Source of the DNA: Bordetella parapertussis
GTDB taxonomy: Bacteria > Pseudomonadota > Gammaproteobacteria > Burkholderiales > SG8-41
Assembly (NCBI GenBank): GCA_945861275.1
Contig: CAMATZ010000002.1
Location: 10,300 to 74,299 of the forward strand
Length of the DNA stretch: 64,000 nucleotides
Reading direction: 5' to 3'
Shown: one piece after another, positions 9,363-19,159 of the stretch
Layout: the number at the start of each line of letters is the position of its first letter
Numbering within the stretch: the stretch's first letter is position 1
Made by a program: the position numbers and the translations under genes
Notes under the pieces: model-generated
The model's input: the letters and a program-made list of their open reading frames with translations, nothing else
What the model was told of the DNA's origin: nothing
The model's database searches: none

Positions 9363-10655
9363 ATGGTCAGGGTGCAAGTAATGCAAGCCGGCACGCACAA
9401 CGGCGATCAAGAGCATACGCTCGTAATTCCAACCTATAACCGTCCAGCGTTACTCCAGAAACTTGTCCGGTACTACCGGGACCGGGCGTCGTGGATCGAT
9501 CTGCTGGTTCTGGATTCCAGCCGAACCGAAATCGCGCAACAGAATGCGGCGGCCCTGTTGTTGTTTGGCGCAGGCGTGTCCCATGTGGTATTTCCGGAAG
9601 ATGTAGCGGTTGTTTCAAAGCTCGCCGACGGGCTTGCTTTGGTGCGAACCCCAACCGTATCGTTTTGCGCGGATGACGATCTGGTATTTCCGCAGGGTCT
9701 GTCCGAGGCGATCGCGTTTCTTCAAGACCACCACGACTATGTGTGCGCCCACGGCCTGTACCTGAACTTTCGCACGGCGGGGCAGGACTTATATCTGTCG
9801 AGCGAGTACAGCGGGCCAGGCATAGAGGCGACGCATTCCGGCGCGCGGGTTTTTCAATTGTGCCAAAAATATGAATCGCTGTTTTATGCGGTGTTCCGTA
9901 GCGCGGACGCGCGTGGAATTTATGCGGCGCTTACGGCGATTTCGACCATTCATTTCCAGGAACTATTTCAATCTGTGGCCGCTGTCATACAGGGAAAAGC
10001 CCAGCGCTTGCCGGTGATTTATGGCGCCCGCCGGTCTGGCCCTCCCGCCGAGACAGATCGAAATAAATGGCAAACTTATAGCTGGTTTGCCGATAATCCC
10101 GCTGAGGTCCTGGAACACTATCGTATTTACCGTGATTTGCTGGAAACGTTTTATCAGGCGCATGTAACGGAACCGCGATCACCGCGGCAGGAATTCGTGA
10201 GAATGCTCGATCTTGCCCACGCCGTGTATTTTGCGGCGGGTTGTCCACCCGATTATTTTTTCTCGAAATTGCAGCCGCTTTGGCCGGAAGACTCTTACCG
10301 CCGGGTGGGCCGGCTAGACAATCTGCTTGAAGCCGGCAGACTGGCCGCCATGAAACGCGCCTTGCTGCCCGATAGACAGCAGGAACTTGATGTATTGGAA
10401 CAATTCAGATTGTCCTCCGATACGCGCGATTGGGCGAGCAGCGGCTTGGTGGGTGGCGTCAGATTTCTTTGCGAAAGCGCACTGGGGTACCTGCGGCTTA
10501 TGCACCTGAATGCCGCGGGCAATCAGAGCAACAGCGGCGCTTGGCGATGCCGCCTGCCCAAGCCACTGACTTGGATGGCGGCTAACCCGTCGTTTCGCAA
10601 TGGCTATTTCGAGCTGCATCACTATCTGGGCAAGCCGGATTCATCCGCGCGTTAG
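9363..10655 (+). CDS. putative GT-A fold glycosyltransferase (GT2-like)
   Basis: 430 aa. HTLVIPTYNRPALLQKLV, LVLDSS and SFCADDDLVF (DxD) resemble a GT2-type domain. The C-terminal half is uncharacterised. Divergent from wzx. Confidence 0.5.
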   Translation: MVRVQVMQAGTHNGDQEHTLVIPTYNRPALLQKLVRYYRDRASWIDLLVLDSSRTEIAQQNAAALLLFGAGVSHVVFPEDVAVVSKLADGLALVRTPTVSFCADDDLVFPQGLSEAIAFLQDHHDYVCAHGLYLNFRTAGQDLYLSSEYSGPGIEATHSGARVFQLCQKYESLFYAVFRSADARGIYAALTAISTIHFQELFQSVAAVIQGKAQRLPVIYGARRSGPPAETDRNKWQTYSWFADNPAEVLEHYRIYRDLLETFYQAHVTEPRSPRQEFVRMLDLAHAVYFAAGCPPDYFFSKLQPLWPEDSYRRVGRLDNLLEAGRLAAMKRALLPDRQQELDVLEQFRLSSDTRDWASSGLVGGVRFLCESALGYLRLMHLNAAGNQSNSGAWRCRLPKPLTWMAANPSFRNGYFELHHYLGKPDSSAR

Positions 10656-10664
10656 CAGCAACGC

Positions 10665-12143
10665 ATGCTGTTTAACTCGCACATTTTCATATTTTTGTTC
10701 CTGCCGGTAGTGCTGGCGGGTTACCTCATCTTTCGTAGCCGCTTGCAGCACAACTGGGCTATCGCCTGGCTGGTGCTCGCGTCCCTGTTTTACTACGCCT
10801 GGTGGAAGCCCGAATACCTGGCATTGTTGCTGGTGTCCGTGCTGTTCAATGCCGCGGTGGGCCAGGTGCTGTGTAGCGGGCACCTGTCGCGGGCGAATTC
10901 CAAATGGCTGTTGATCGCCGGCATAGCATGCAATCTGGGCTTGCTCGGCTATTTCAAGTACACCATGTTCGTTGTGGAAAATCTCAATCGCCTGGGCGCC
11001 GGACTTACCGTACCCGAGATCATTTTACCCATCGGCATTTCATTCATTACTTTTCAGAAAATCGCATTTCTCGTAGACGCCCATCGCGGCGCCGTTCGGG
11101 ATTACTCATTTCGGAATTTTTTGTTGTTCGTCACCTTCTTTCCGCAGCTCATTGCCGGGCCGATTGTTCATCACGCGGAAATGATGCCGCAATTTCAACG
11201 CACTCAAGCGCGCGACGCATGGCGGGAAAACTTCGCGGTAGGCTTGAGTCTGTTTTGCGTGGGGTTGTTCAAGAAAGTGGTAATCGCCGACGCCTGCGCG
11301 CCGTATGCCGATGCCGGGTTTGATTCCGTCAAGGCGGGGAACATGCTCCCCGCCAAGGAGGCGTGGATGGCGGTGCTCGCCTATTCGTTTCAAATCTATT
11401 TTGATTTCTCGGGCTATTCCGACATGGCGGTCGGCCTTGCGCGGTTATTCGGCATTACCATGCCGGTGAATTTTCACTCGCCTTACAAAGCAACCGGCAT
11501 TATCGATTTCTGGCGGCGCTGGCACATGACGCTGTCGCGCTTTATGCGCGATTACCTCTACATTCCGCTGGGTGGCGGCCAGCATGGCGCGTTGCGGCGC
11601 AATCTCAATCTGGCGATCGTCATGGTGCTGGGCGGTTTGTGGCACGGCGCGAACTGGACCTTTATTGTGTGGGGTGCGGCACATGGTGTGATGTTAGGGA
11701 TAAATCATGCATGGAATCAAACACTTATCTCGAGACGCACAGTATTCCAGTCAGCGCTGGCGCACCGCAGCTTTGTGTTGCTGACGTTTGTTATGGTGAC
11801 ACTGGCGTGGGTGCCGTTTCGGGCGGACAGCATGGCTACTGCATGGCGCATGTTCGAGAGTCTTGCAGGGTTTGGCGCTTCAGCCCTTGTGCTGGGTTTG
11901 CCTCACTTTTGGTCCGGGGCATGGCTGCTTGTTTTAGTGGCAGCGGTTACGTTTTTTACACCCAATTCGAACCAATGGTTTGCGCGATTTTCGCCTGTCA
12001 TGGGCTTATCGGCGTCGCAATTGCAACACCGCTTCACGCTGTCACGGCTCGACAAACGGGTAGCCGTGGCAATCGCCGGAGCGTTTGTAATTTCGGTGTT
12101 GCATTTGTCACGCGTCAGTCCGTTTCTCTATTTCCAGTTTTAA
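10665..12143 (+). CDS. MBOAT family O-acyltransferase (AlgI/DltB-like)
   Basis: 492 aa. MLFNSHIFIFLFLPVVL N-terminus, FWRRWHMTLSRFMRDYLYIPLGG with the conserved His, and multiple TM segments. Confidence 0.9.
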   Translation: MLFNSHIFIFLFLPVVLAGYLIFRSRLQHNWAIAWLVLASLFYYAWWKPEYLALLLVSVLFNAAVGQVLCSGHLSRANSKWLLIAGIACNLGLLGYFKYTMFVVENLNRLGAGLTVPEIILPIGISFITFQKIAFLVDAHRGAVRDYSFRNFLLFVTFFPQLIAGPIVHHAEMMPQFQRTQARDAWRENFAVGLSLFCVGLFKKVVIADACAPYADAGFDSVKAGNMLPAKEAWMAVLAYSFQIYFDFSGYSDMAVGLARLFGITMPVNFHSPYKATGIIDFWRRWHMTLSRFMRDYLYIPLGGGQHGALRRNLNLAIVMVLGGLWHGANWTFIVWGAAHGVMLGINHAWNQTLISRRTVFQSALAHRSFVLLTFVMVTLAWVPFRADSMATAWRMFESLAGFGASALVLGLPHFWSGAWLLVLVAAVTFFTPNSNQWFARFSPVMGLSASQLQHRFTLSRLDKRVAVAIAGAFVISVLHLSRVSPFLYFQF

Positions 12144-12144
12144 G

Positions 12145-13302
12145 TTGATAGATCAACGCTATTTGAGCTATTTGAGCCTGGCCGCCGCCGCCTGGGTGCT
12201 GGCCTATTTTGGTCTCACTTTGGTGGTAGACCCTTACGGCATTTCTCCGTTGAGTTGGAAAATTCCGGGCATCAACCAACACAAGCCTGCTCGTGTCGAT
12301 ATAGATCGCCAACTGAAGCCCTATGAAGTGTGGCGTTACCAGCCTTCCACGCTGTACCTGGGCACTTCGCGCATGCATCAGGCGATGGATCCGTCCGTGT
12401 TGAATGATTCGGCCTTTGCCACTGCCTATAACGCATCAATACCCGCCAGCACCCTGGAAATGAATGTCGAGCATCTAAGGGAATATGTGCGTATCAATCC
12501 GCGGCTGCGCAAGGTGGTGGTGGAGCTGTTTTTCTATAATTTCGCGGGCGCGAGCACGCAAGCTGCATCAACGCAGGGCACGGACTTTTTAAAGCGCTCA
12601 ACGGCGTTGTTCGTCAGCGCGGATACCTTTTGGGGGGCGCTAAAAACGCTGGCCAAAAACGCCGCTGGCCTCTGCCCCTGTTACGAAATCAAATCCGGCG
12701 GCCATTTCTTTTATCCGGAGGGACACGATCCGCGCGCCCAATTTGCCGGGTTCGCGGAGGGTGTCTGGAAGTTGCATCGTACGCGCAATGACTTCAAGTT
12801 GAACGATTCAGCGTTTAAAGCATTGACAGAAATGGTTTCGATCGCCCTGGAGCATGGGTTGGATATTCGCCTGATCTTGACCCCCAATCATGTCTACGAT
12901 GATTACTATCTTGATGCGGTGGGCGCATGGGACGCTGTCGAAGCATGGTTGCAGCGCCTTGCTGATATATCGCCCCTGCACAGCTTCGCGCAGCCGAACG
13001 CATGGACGCAGGAGTCGGTAAGTTCGCGCATGCGCCACTGGAATGATCCCTACCACTTCACCGTCCACACCGGGCGCGCCATGCAACTGGCGCTATTTCA
13101 GAGGCCGGTCGAGGGGACACCGGACGGGTTCTATGAACGGCTCACTCGCGACAAAATATCCGCGCATGTCGAAAGCCGAAGGCAGGCGGTTAAGTTATGG
13201 GCCGCTGCGCATCCGGATTTTGTCAAACAATTTCAGCAGGCGCGCGTGCGCCACGACGCTGCGGTTGTGCGGTTGCCGGACGCCAAACGACCTCGCCAGT
13301 AG
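12145..13302 (+). CDS. hypothetical membrane-anchored protein, probable extracytoplasmic partner of the MBOAT acyltransferase
   Basis: 385 aa. TTG start 1 nt after the MBOAT stop. One N-terminal TM segment (LSLAAAAWVLAYFGLTLVV). I recognise no catalytic motif; the role is inferred from position only. Confidence 0.45.
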   Translation: MIDQRYLSYLSLAAAAWVLAYFGLTLVVDPYGISPLSWKIPGINQHKPARVDIDRQLKPYEVWRYQPSTLYLGTSRMHQAMDPSVLNDSAFATAYNASIPASTLEMNVEHLREYVRINPRLRKVVVELFFYNFAGASTQAASTQGTDFLKRSTALFVSADTFWGALKTLAKNAAGLCPCYEIKSGGHFFYPEGHDPRAQFAGFAEGVWKLHRTRNDFKLNDSAFKALTEMVSIALEHGLDIRLILTPNHVYDDYYLDAVGAWDAVEAWLQRLADISPLHSFAQPNAWTQESVSSRMRHWNDPYHFTVHTGRAMQLALFQRPVEGTPDGFYERLTRDKISAHVESRRQAVKLWAAAHPDFVKQFQQARVRHDAAVVRLPDAKRPRQ

Positions 13303-13323
13303 CGGTCAGGTCGATGCGCCGGA

Positions 13324-14844
13324 TCACACCGCGCCACGTTTGAACAAGTAAGCGATCTTGCGCGGAATGCGGTGCTTGCGTTTCCAATAATCCATGAGTT
13401 TCATCCTTGCGGGATACGCCCATCTGCTCGCGCGTCGCATCTCTGCAAGGATGTACGCCAGCCCTTTTGCGGACGGCGCAATGCGCGCGAGATTTGCGCG
13501 GCACGCATTCGCTACTGCGAAATCTCCGCGCGTTATCGCCATTTTCTCCTGCAGCCGCAGAAAATCATTGAATCGCACACACAGGCGCGGAAAACACGCT
13601 TGAATTCGGTGCAGGAGCTGTTGCGCGAAGTCGGGCCGGCCACGCGCTAGCGCATCCCTTGCCTCGCGGATTTTGGGGCTCATCAGAAACGCCATTTCCT
13701 TATCGGCATAGCGATCGTCGGCATAAAAACGATAGGTCGTGGCGGACGGTGCCAGCCATTGCGCGCGCTCCCATTCCCAGCTGCGCACGTCAATGAATTC
13801 GTCGACACCGGGACCTGGCGGCCGCTGGCGCGGCGGCGACTGCGCCAGCCCCGACTCCAGCAGCCGCATCAGCATGGCGGCGCTTTCCGCTTCATAGACC
13901 AGAACTTGTCGTGGCTGCGCGAACGGCAGCCGGTCGGCGCCAAAGGGTATTTGATAGGCTTTGCAGGAGGCCGACGTCATGCGCGTAATGAAATAAGGCG
14001 TGGCGCAAAAATTGGCCATGGCGGCAAAACCGCTGGAGGTCCCCATGAACAAATCACACTGCGTAATCAGCGTCAGTTCATGGCCCAATCCGAGTCCCAG
14101 TGTTCGCAAATTCACCACATTGGGCAGGCGCAAAAATTCCAGCGGCTTTTCCTGCAATCGTCCCAGCAGTACGAACATCACATGCGGATGCTTTTGCTGC
14201 GCAGCGCGCAAAAACTCATACCATTCCAGTACGTCGGAATCCCGCGCATAGGAATGCTCCCCGCCATAACCCGCATCCAGTCGTCGCAGTCGCGTGTGTA
14301 TGGCAACCATCCGTTTGCCGGCAAAGCAGGCTGCGATCAAGCCCGCTACGTCCGGCTCACAACCGAGGCTGGGGCGTAACAGGGGAATCTGCCCTGATTT
14401 TGCGTAATGCGCGTTCAGTTGCGCGTGGGTGTGAACTTTTTGCGTGAAGTACTCGATGACCGCGGCTTCATCGTGCCGGCGCGCGAGGATTTCCACATAG
14501 CCGGGCAAAGCGCTGGTGTTTGATGATGCGCTTTGCGCTTCTTCGCGCAATCGCGACAACATTTCATCGCGTGAGCGATACACCAGCAGATTTCCCAATT
14601 TGGGATGGGTGCCGAACGCGCCGTAGAGTTCGCTGAAAAACAGCCCGTAGTTTTCCGCGTTAACCAGATCACGCTGGTAAATGCTCGCAGGATAGCGCGC
14701 GTCGTGACAAATATAGACATCCACCTTGTCGCAGCCTGCTGCTTCGCATTCGATGGCCGTTTGCACATTCCAGGTCAACACATCCCCCAGTGCATAGGGC
14801 ATCAGCTCGAAATCGTAAATGGCGCATAAGGTGTTCGCAGGCAT
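13324..14844 (-). CDS. hypothetical protein, possibly a GT-B-like glycosyltransferase
   Basis: 506-aa intact ORF in the glycan locus. Only a weak GT-B-like stretch is seen (LFMGTSSGFAAMANFCATPYFI). The C-terminal roughly 120 aa look helical. Function not established. Confidence 0.4.
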   Translation of the reverse strand: MPANTLCAIYDFELMPYALGDVLTWNVQTAIECEAAGCDKVDVYICHDARYPASIYQRDLVNAENYGLFFSELYGAFGTHPKLGNLLVYRSRDEMLSRLREEAQSASSNTSALPGYVEILARRHDEAAVIEYFTQKVHTHAQLNAHYAKSGQIPLLRPSLGCEPDVAGLIAACFAGKRMVAIHTRLRRLDAGYGGEHSYARDSDVLEWYEFLRAAQQKHPHVMFVLLGRLQEKPLEFLRLPNVVNLRTLGLGLGHELTLITQCDLFMGTSSGFAAMANFCATPYFITRMTSASCKAYQIPFGADRLPFAQPRQVLVYEAESAAMLMRLLESGLAQSPPRQRPPGPGVDEFIDVRSWEWERAQWLAPSATTYRFYADDRYADKEMAFLMSPKIREARDALARGRPDFAQQLLHRIQACFPRLCVRFNDFLRLQEKMAITRGDFAVANACRANLARIAPSAKGLAYILAEMRRASRWAYPARMKLMDYWKRKHRIPRKIAYLFKRGAV

Positions 14845-14885
14845 GATGATGTCCCCGATGATGGCTGCCGAAACAGTCTCGGGCG

Positions 14886-16073
14886 CTATCCCTGTCCTTT
14901 CGCGTCTGCGGGCGACACCAACGCAATGGACAGGCCACGCAGCCGATTGCGTATGGATTGCGCAACGGTTTGCACAAAAGCCAGGTACACGGTTACACCC
15001 GCGGGCACTTCCGCAGGCTTCAGAATTGGGCGTCCCATGTGGGTGTGGCCTTCACGCGCGGGATCTTCATCAACAAAAAATTCAACATTGCCGCCCAGGC
15101 CATGCGCCAGCCAGGTCGCGGCAACCGAGGTGCCGAATATCGCGAAGCGCCCCGTTTGGCTGGATTTTAACGCGTGATTGAGCATTCCCGTCAGCCAGCC
15201 GACGTCCTCGCGAGTTCGTTCCAGCGCCTGCCGCGGGTCGTGAGGATGAGGCGCGGATGGCCCAGCGCCGGCTGATGCAAGCAGCGAAATCTCCTTGTGG
15301 ACCCAATCCGTTTTTAATAGAGCGGCGTTCAACCCCGCGCGGGCGGTCATTGCGGCCAGCGTTTCCGGGGTGAAATGACACAGGTGGTCGGCGACAACCA
15401 GATCAAACGGCGTTATGCCCGCATTGTTGACCTGCACAAACAAGTGGCCACCGGCATTCATTCTGCTGCCTAGCGTACGCAGCATGGCGAGTGGTTCGGC
15501 GAAATGTTCCAGCGAGTGAATGAGCGTAAGCAGATCAAATTGTTGAGACAGTTGGTCGGGCGCGGCCGTGTAGAGTTTTTCGAAACGCGGAATGGCTTTG
15601 AGCGCCGGTTCCTTGCGGCTGTCAAGGTCAAGGCCGAACAAACGCCAGACGCTACTCGCCTGTGAAAAAGCACCGAGCATGGCGCCACTGCCCGCGCCGA
15701 CGTCAAGCAAGGTGCCCTGCACCGGCAGCACGCCGGATTGCAGCAGGTGGCGCGCCAACACCGAACAGCGCCCGCTTGGGCGTCCGCTCAGCGGATCAAA
15801 CACCATCTGATCGTTGGCCGATGATTGATGGTACATCTCATAATCGCGGTAAATTTCATTGATTTCCGCCAACCATAATCCGTCGGCGATTTTCTGTACC
15901 AGACCGCAACCCATACACACGAATAGCCGCCCGCCGGATCGAAATGGCTTGCTGTCCGAGGTCACGCGGGGCAGTTGCGGGAAGCCTGCGATTTCATGCA
16001 ATTCACTGGCGTCGCAGGCTTGACAGCGGGTGGGGGCAGGAGCGGGCATGGTTACGACGGGATTCACTGCCAT
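14886..16073 (-). CDS. class I SAM-dependent methyltransferase with Zn-ribbon and C-MT-type C-terminal domain
   Basis: 395 aa. CQAC...CMGCG ribbon, LLDVGAGSGAM SAM motif I, C-terminal FAIFGTSVAATWLAHGLG. Third paralogue of this architecture. Confidence 0.72.
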   Translation of the reverse strand: MAVNPVVTMPAPAPTRCQACDASELHEIAGFPQLPRVTSDSKPFRSGGRLFVCMGCGLVQKIADGLWLAEINEIYRDYEMYHQSSANDQMVFDPLSGRPSGRCSVLARHLLQSGVLPVQGTLLDVGAGSGAMLGAFSQASSVWRLFGLDLDSRKEPALKAIPRFEKLYTAAPDQLSQQFDLLTLIHSLEHFAEPLAMLRTLGSRMNAGGHLFVQVNNAGITPFDLVVADHLCHFTPETLAAMTARAGLNAALLKTDWVHKEISLLASAGAGPSAPHPHDPRQALERTREDVGWLTGMLNHALKSSQTGRFAIFGTSVAATWLAHGLGGNVEFFVDEDPAREGHTHMGRPILKPAEVPAGVTVYLAFVQTVAQSIRNRLRGLSIALVSPADAKGQG

Positions 16074-16217
16074 AACGCCTGCCCAGATTGCCGGTTAGTC
16101 CCACGCGTACGGCGACGGCCAAATTTCGCGTCCGTGCAATTGCGGCACCGCAGGGATTTTAGTAGACTCACAGCGCAGTATCCACGAGTAAATAAGTGAT
16201 TTTACAGGCTATTTCCG

Positions 16218-16802
16218 ATGTTGCACGTTGCCAAATATTTTGCTCAGGTCAATACCATCGCCGCGACCATCGACCAGCGCGCGGTGGAGTCGATGGCCCA
16301 TGCACTGGCAGCGCTGCGTGCTGCGGGCGGCAGGTTATTTTTTATCGGCGCCGGCGGCAGTGCGGGAAATTGTGGGCATGCGGTGAACGATTTCCGCAAG
16401 CTGTGCGGCATTGAAGCTTATGCACCGACAGACAATGTGTCGGAATTGACGGCGCGCACCAATGACGAAGGCTGGGAAACGGTTTTCGCGGCGTGGCTGG
16501 TGACCAGCAAACTCTCGGAAAAAGATGGGGTATTTGTTTTTTCGGTCGGCGGCGGGGATCTTGAACGCAACGTCAGCCCCAACATCGTGCGCGCGCTGGA
16601 ACTTGCCAAAAAACGCAATGCGCGAATTTTCGGCGTGGTGGGACGCGACGGCGGCTATACCAAAAAAGTGGGGGACCACGTGATTGTGATTCCTACTGTC
16701 GATCCCGCGCATGTCACGCCGCACACCGAGGCTTTTCACGCGGTGGTATGGCACTGCCTGGTGTCGCACCCCAAGCTGCAACAAAATGCCACGAAATGGT
16801 AG
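16218..16802 (+). CDS. gmhA: SIS-domain sedoheptulose-7-phosphate isomerase
   Basis: 194 aa. GRLFFIGAGGSAGNCGHAVNDF and VFVFSVGGG are SIS/GmhA motifs. Confidence 0.78.
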   Translation: MLHVAKYFAQVNTIAATIDQRAVESMAHALAALRAAGGRLFFIGAGGSAGNCGHAVNDFRKLCGIEAYAPTDNVSELTARTNDEGWETVFAAWLVTSKLSEKDGVFVFSVGGGDLERNVSPNIVRALELAKKRNARIFGVVGRDGGYTKKVGDHVIVIPTVDPAHVTPHTEAFHAVVWHCLVSHPKLQQNATKW

Positions 16803-16835
16803 TGCATGCGCCCGCTAAACCCGGAGGCGCGTTAG

Positions 16836-17375
16836 TTGCGCCGCGCGGTTTTTCTGGATCGGGACGGCGTTATCAATCGCTGCGTGGTGCGCAATGGCAA
16901 GCCGTACGCGCCTCAAAGCGCGAAAGACTTTCGCTTGTTGCCGCGCGCGGCGGCCGCGGTGCAGGAGTTGAAGGCGGCGGGTTTTCTGGTAATTGTCGTG
17001 ACAAATCAACCGGATATCGGTAACGGTTTGGTGGATGCCGCAGTGGTCGCGGCGATGCACGCCAAGTTGGCGCGACGTGTCGCAGTAGACGACATTCGCA
17101 CCTGCCCGCATCGCCAGAACGAAAATTGCGGCTGCCGCAAACCGGCTGCGGGATTATTGCTGGAGGCTGCTGCCTGGTGGCAAATTGACCCGCAAAAGAG
17201 CTTCATGGTTGGCGACCGATGGAGTGACATCGTTGCCGGCCAAGCCATTGGATGTTATAGTATTTTCCTTGATCGTGGGTATCTGGAGACCCGCCAAATA
17301 ACGCGGCGGCTTGTCCCTGACGGTCGCGCTAAATCCCTCCCTGCAGCCGTGCGTTTGATACGCGCCCTGGCGTAA
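16836..17375 (+). CDS. gmhB: HAD-IIIA heptose 1,7-bisphosphate phosphatase
   Basis: 179 aa. AVFLDRDGVIN (DxD nucleophile motif), VVTNQPDIG, a CxC...RKP Zn-binding loop, and MVGDRWSD. Confidence 0.78.
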   Translation: MRRAVFLDRDGVINRCVVRNGKPYAPQSAKDFRLLPRAAAAVQELKAAGFLVIVVTNQPDIGNGLVDAAVVAAMHAKLARRVAVDDIRTCPHRQNENCGCRKPAAGLLLEAAAWWQIDPQKSFMVGDRWSDIVAGQAIGCYSIFLDRGYLETRQITRRLVPDGRAKSLPAAVRLIRALA

Positions 17376-17411
17376 AACGGTAACCCCGTAACACAAGAAT
17401 CGTTTTGGACA

Positions 17412-18131
17412 GTGCTCATGAATAACTTGCGGGTCAAGATTTTTGCTGATGGCGCGGACTTTGACGGCATCATGAAAATGTATGCCAACCCTTTGATCAA
17501 GGGCTTCACTACCAATCCCACCCTGATGCGCAAGGCCGGTGTAACGGATTACGAGGCGTTTGCCCGTAAACTGCTTAAAGCAATTCCCGACCGGCCGGTA
17601 TCTCTGGAAGTGTTTGCAGACGAATTCGACGCCATGGAGCAGCAGGCAATGGCGATTGCCGCCTGGGGCAAGAACGTCAACGTAAAAATCCCGGTGACCA
17701 ACAGCCGCCGCGAGTTTTCCGGACCGTTGATCAAAAAACTTTCCGCCGCGGGCGTCGCGCTCAATGTGACGGCGGTGTTTACCCTTGATCAGGTGCGGCG
17801 CGTGACCGAGTGTCTGGCGGACGAGACCCCCGCCATTGTGTCGGTGTTTGCCGGCAGAATTGCCGACACCGGCATCGATCCGGTGCCCTTAATGACCGAG
17901 GCGGTGGCGGTGTTAAAGGCGAGGCCAAAGGCTGAGTTGATCTGGGCAAGCCCGCGCGAGTTGCTCAATATCTTTCAGGCCGATGAGATTGGCTGCCATA
18001 TTATTACCGTTACCAACGATATTCTCGGCAAATTGCCGCTGGTGGGCAAAAATCAGGACGATTATTCGCTGGAGACCGTTCAGATGTTTTACCGCGATGC
18101 GATTGCCGCGGCATTTTCGATAAAAACCTGA
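17412..18131 (+). CDS. transaldolase family protein (short TalC/Fsa-like type)
   Basis: 239 aa. KIFADGADFDGI...IKGFTTNPTLMRKAG and NVNVKIPVT (Schiff-base Lys region). Confidence 0.82.
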   Translation: MLMNNLRVKIFADGADFDGIMKMYANPLIKGFTTNPTLMRKAGVTDYEAFARKLLKAIPDRPVSLEVFADEFDAMEQQAMAIAAWGKNVNVKIPVTNSRREFSGPLIKKLSAAGVALNVTAVFTLDQVRRVTECLADETPAIVSVFAGRIADTGIDPVPLMTEAVAVLKARPKAELIWASPRELLNIFQADEIGCHIITVTNDILGKLPLVGKNQDDYSLETVQMFYRDAIAAAFSIKT

Positions 18132-18163
18132 TTGAAATTATTGTTGTTTATTTTTGAGGACGC

Positions 18164-19159
18164 ATGAAAAACATACTGATCACGGGTGGCGCGGGTTATG
18201 TCGGGTGCGTGCTTACACCGCAACTGCTCAAGGCCGGCTACAACATCACGATTTACGACACCATGTGGTACGGCAATCATTTGCCCAAGAGCCCGAATTT
18301 GAAAATCATCGAAGGCGACATTCGCGATACCAGCAAATTGGCGGGCGCCTTTAACGGCATCGAAGCGGTAATCTCATTGGCCTGCATTTCAAATGATGCC
18401 AGCTTTGAGCTCGATGAAAAACTCAGCACCAGTGTCAATCTGGACGCGTTTGAACCGATGGTGATGGCCGCCAAAAAGGCAGGCGTGCAGCGTTTTGTTT
18501 ATTGCTCGTCGAGCTCGGTATACGGCGTCTCGGACCAGCCCAATGTGACCGAAGATCATCCGCTGCTGCCGGTATCGCTCTACAACAAGTACAAGGGCAT
18601 GTGCGAGCCCTTGTTGTGGAAGCATCAAGGCCCGGGGTTTACCTGCGTCGCCATCCGTCCCGCCACGGTTTGCGGCTATAGCCCGCGCACGCGGCTTGAT
18701 CTGTCGGTCAATATCCTGACCAATCACGCGGTGAACAATAACAAGATCACAGTCTACGGCGGCTCGCAGTTGCGCCCCAACCTGCATATACAGGACATGT
18801 GCAATCTGTACCAGATGCTGCTGGAATTGCCCGCTGAAAAAATTGCCGGACAGACCTTCAATGCGGGCTATCAGAATCTGAGCATCATGGAAATCGCGGA
18901 AATTGTGCGTAAAGTGGTGAAAGAAGAATTCCCCGAAAAAGGCGAGATCGAGATTGTCACCACGCCTTCGGACGACATTCGTTCCTATCACATCAATTCC
19001 GACAAGATTGCCAATGTGATTGGGTTTCGCCCCCAGCACACCATCGAAGACGCCGCGCGTGATTTGTGCAAGGCGATCAAGGCCGGCAAGTTGCCGGACA
19101 GCTTTAACGACGACGTCTATTTCAACGTCAAACGCATGAAGCGCCTGGGTATCACATGA
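18164..19159 (+). CDS. NAD-dependent epimerase/dehydratase (extended SDR)
   Basis: 331 aa. ILITGGAGYVGCVL and SLYNKYK (YxxxK). Confidence 0.8.
   Translation: MKNILITGGAGYVGCVLTPQLLKAGYNITIYDTMWYGNHLPKSPNLKIIEGDIRDTSKLAGAFNGIEAVISLACISNDASFELDEKLSTSVNLDAFEPMVMAAKKAGVQRFVYCSSSSVYGVSDQPNVTEDHPLLPVSLYNKYKGMCEPLLWKHQGPGFTCVAIRPATVCGYSPRTRLDLSVNILTNHAVNNNKITVYGGSQLRPNLHIQDMCNLYQMLLELPAEKIAGQTFNAGYQNLSIMEIAEIVRKVVKEEFPEKGEIEIVTTPSDDIRSYHINSDKIANVIGFRPQHTIEDAARDLCKAIKAGKLPDSFNDDVYFNVKRMKRLGIT

Noticed and set aside
16074-16217. Possible JUMPStart/ops (GGCGGTAG) antitermination element upstream of the heptose operon
   Set aside because: I read the 144-nt divergent region and found no GGCGGTAG. There is only a short hairpin (TGCGGCACCGCA) of uncertain meaning.
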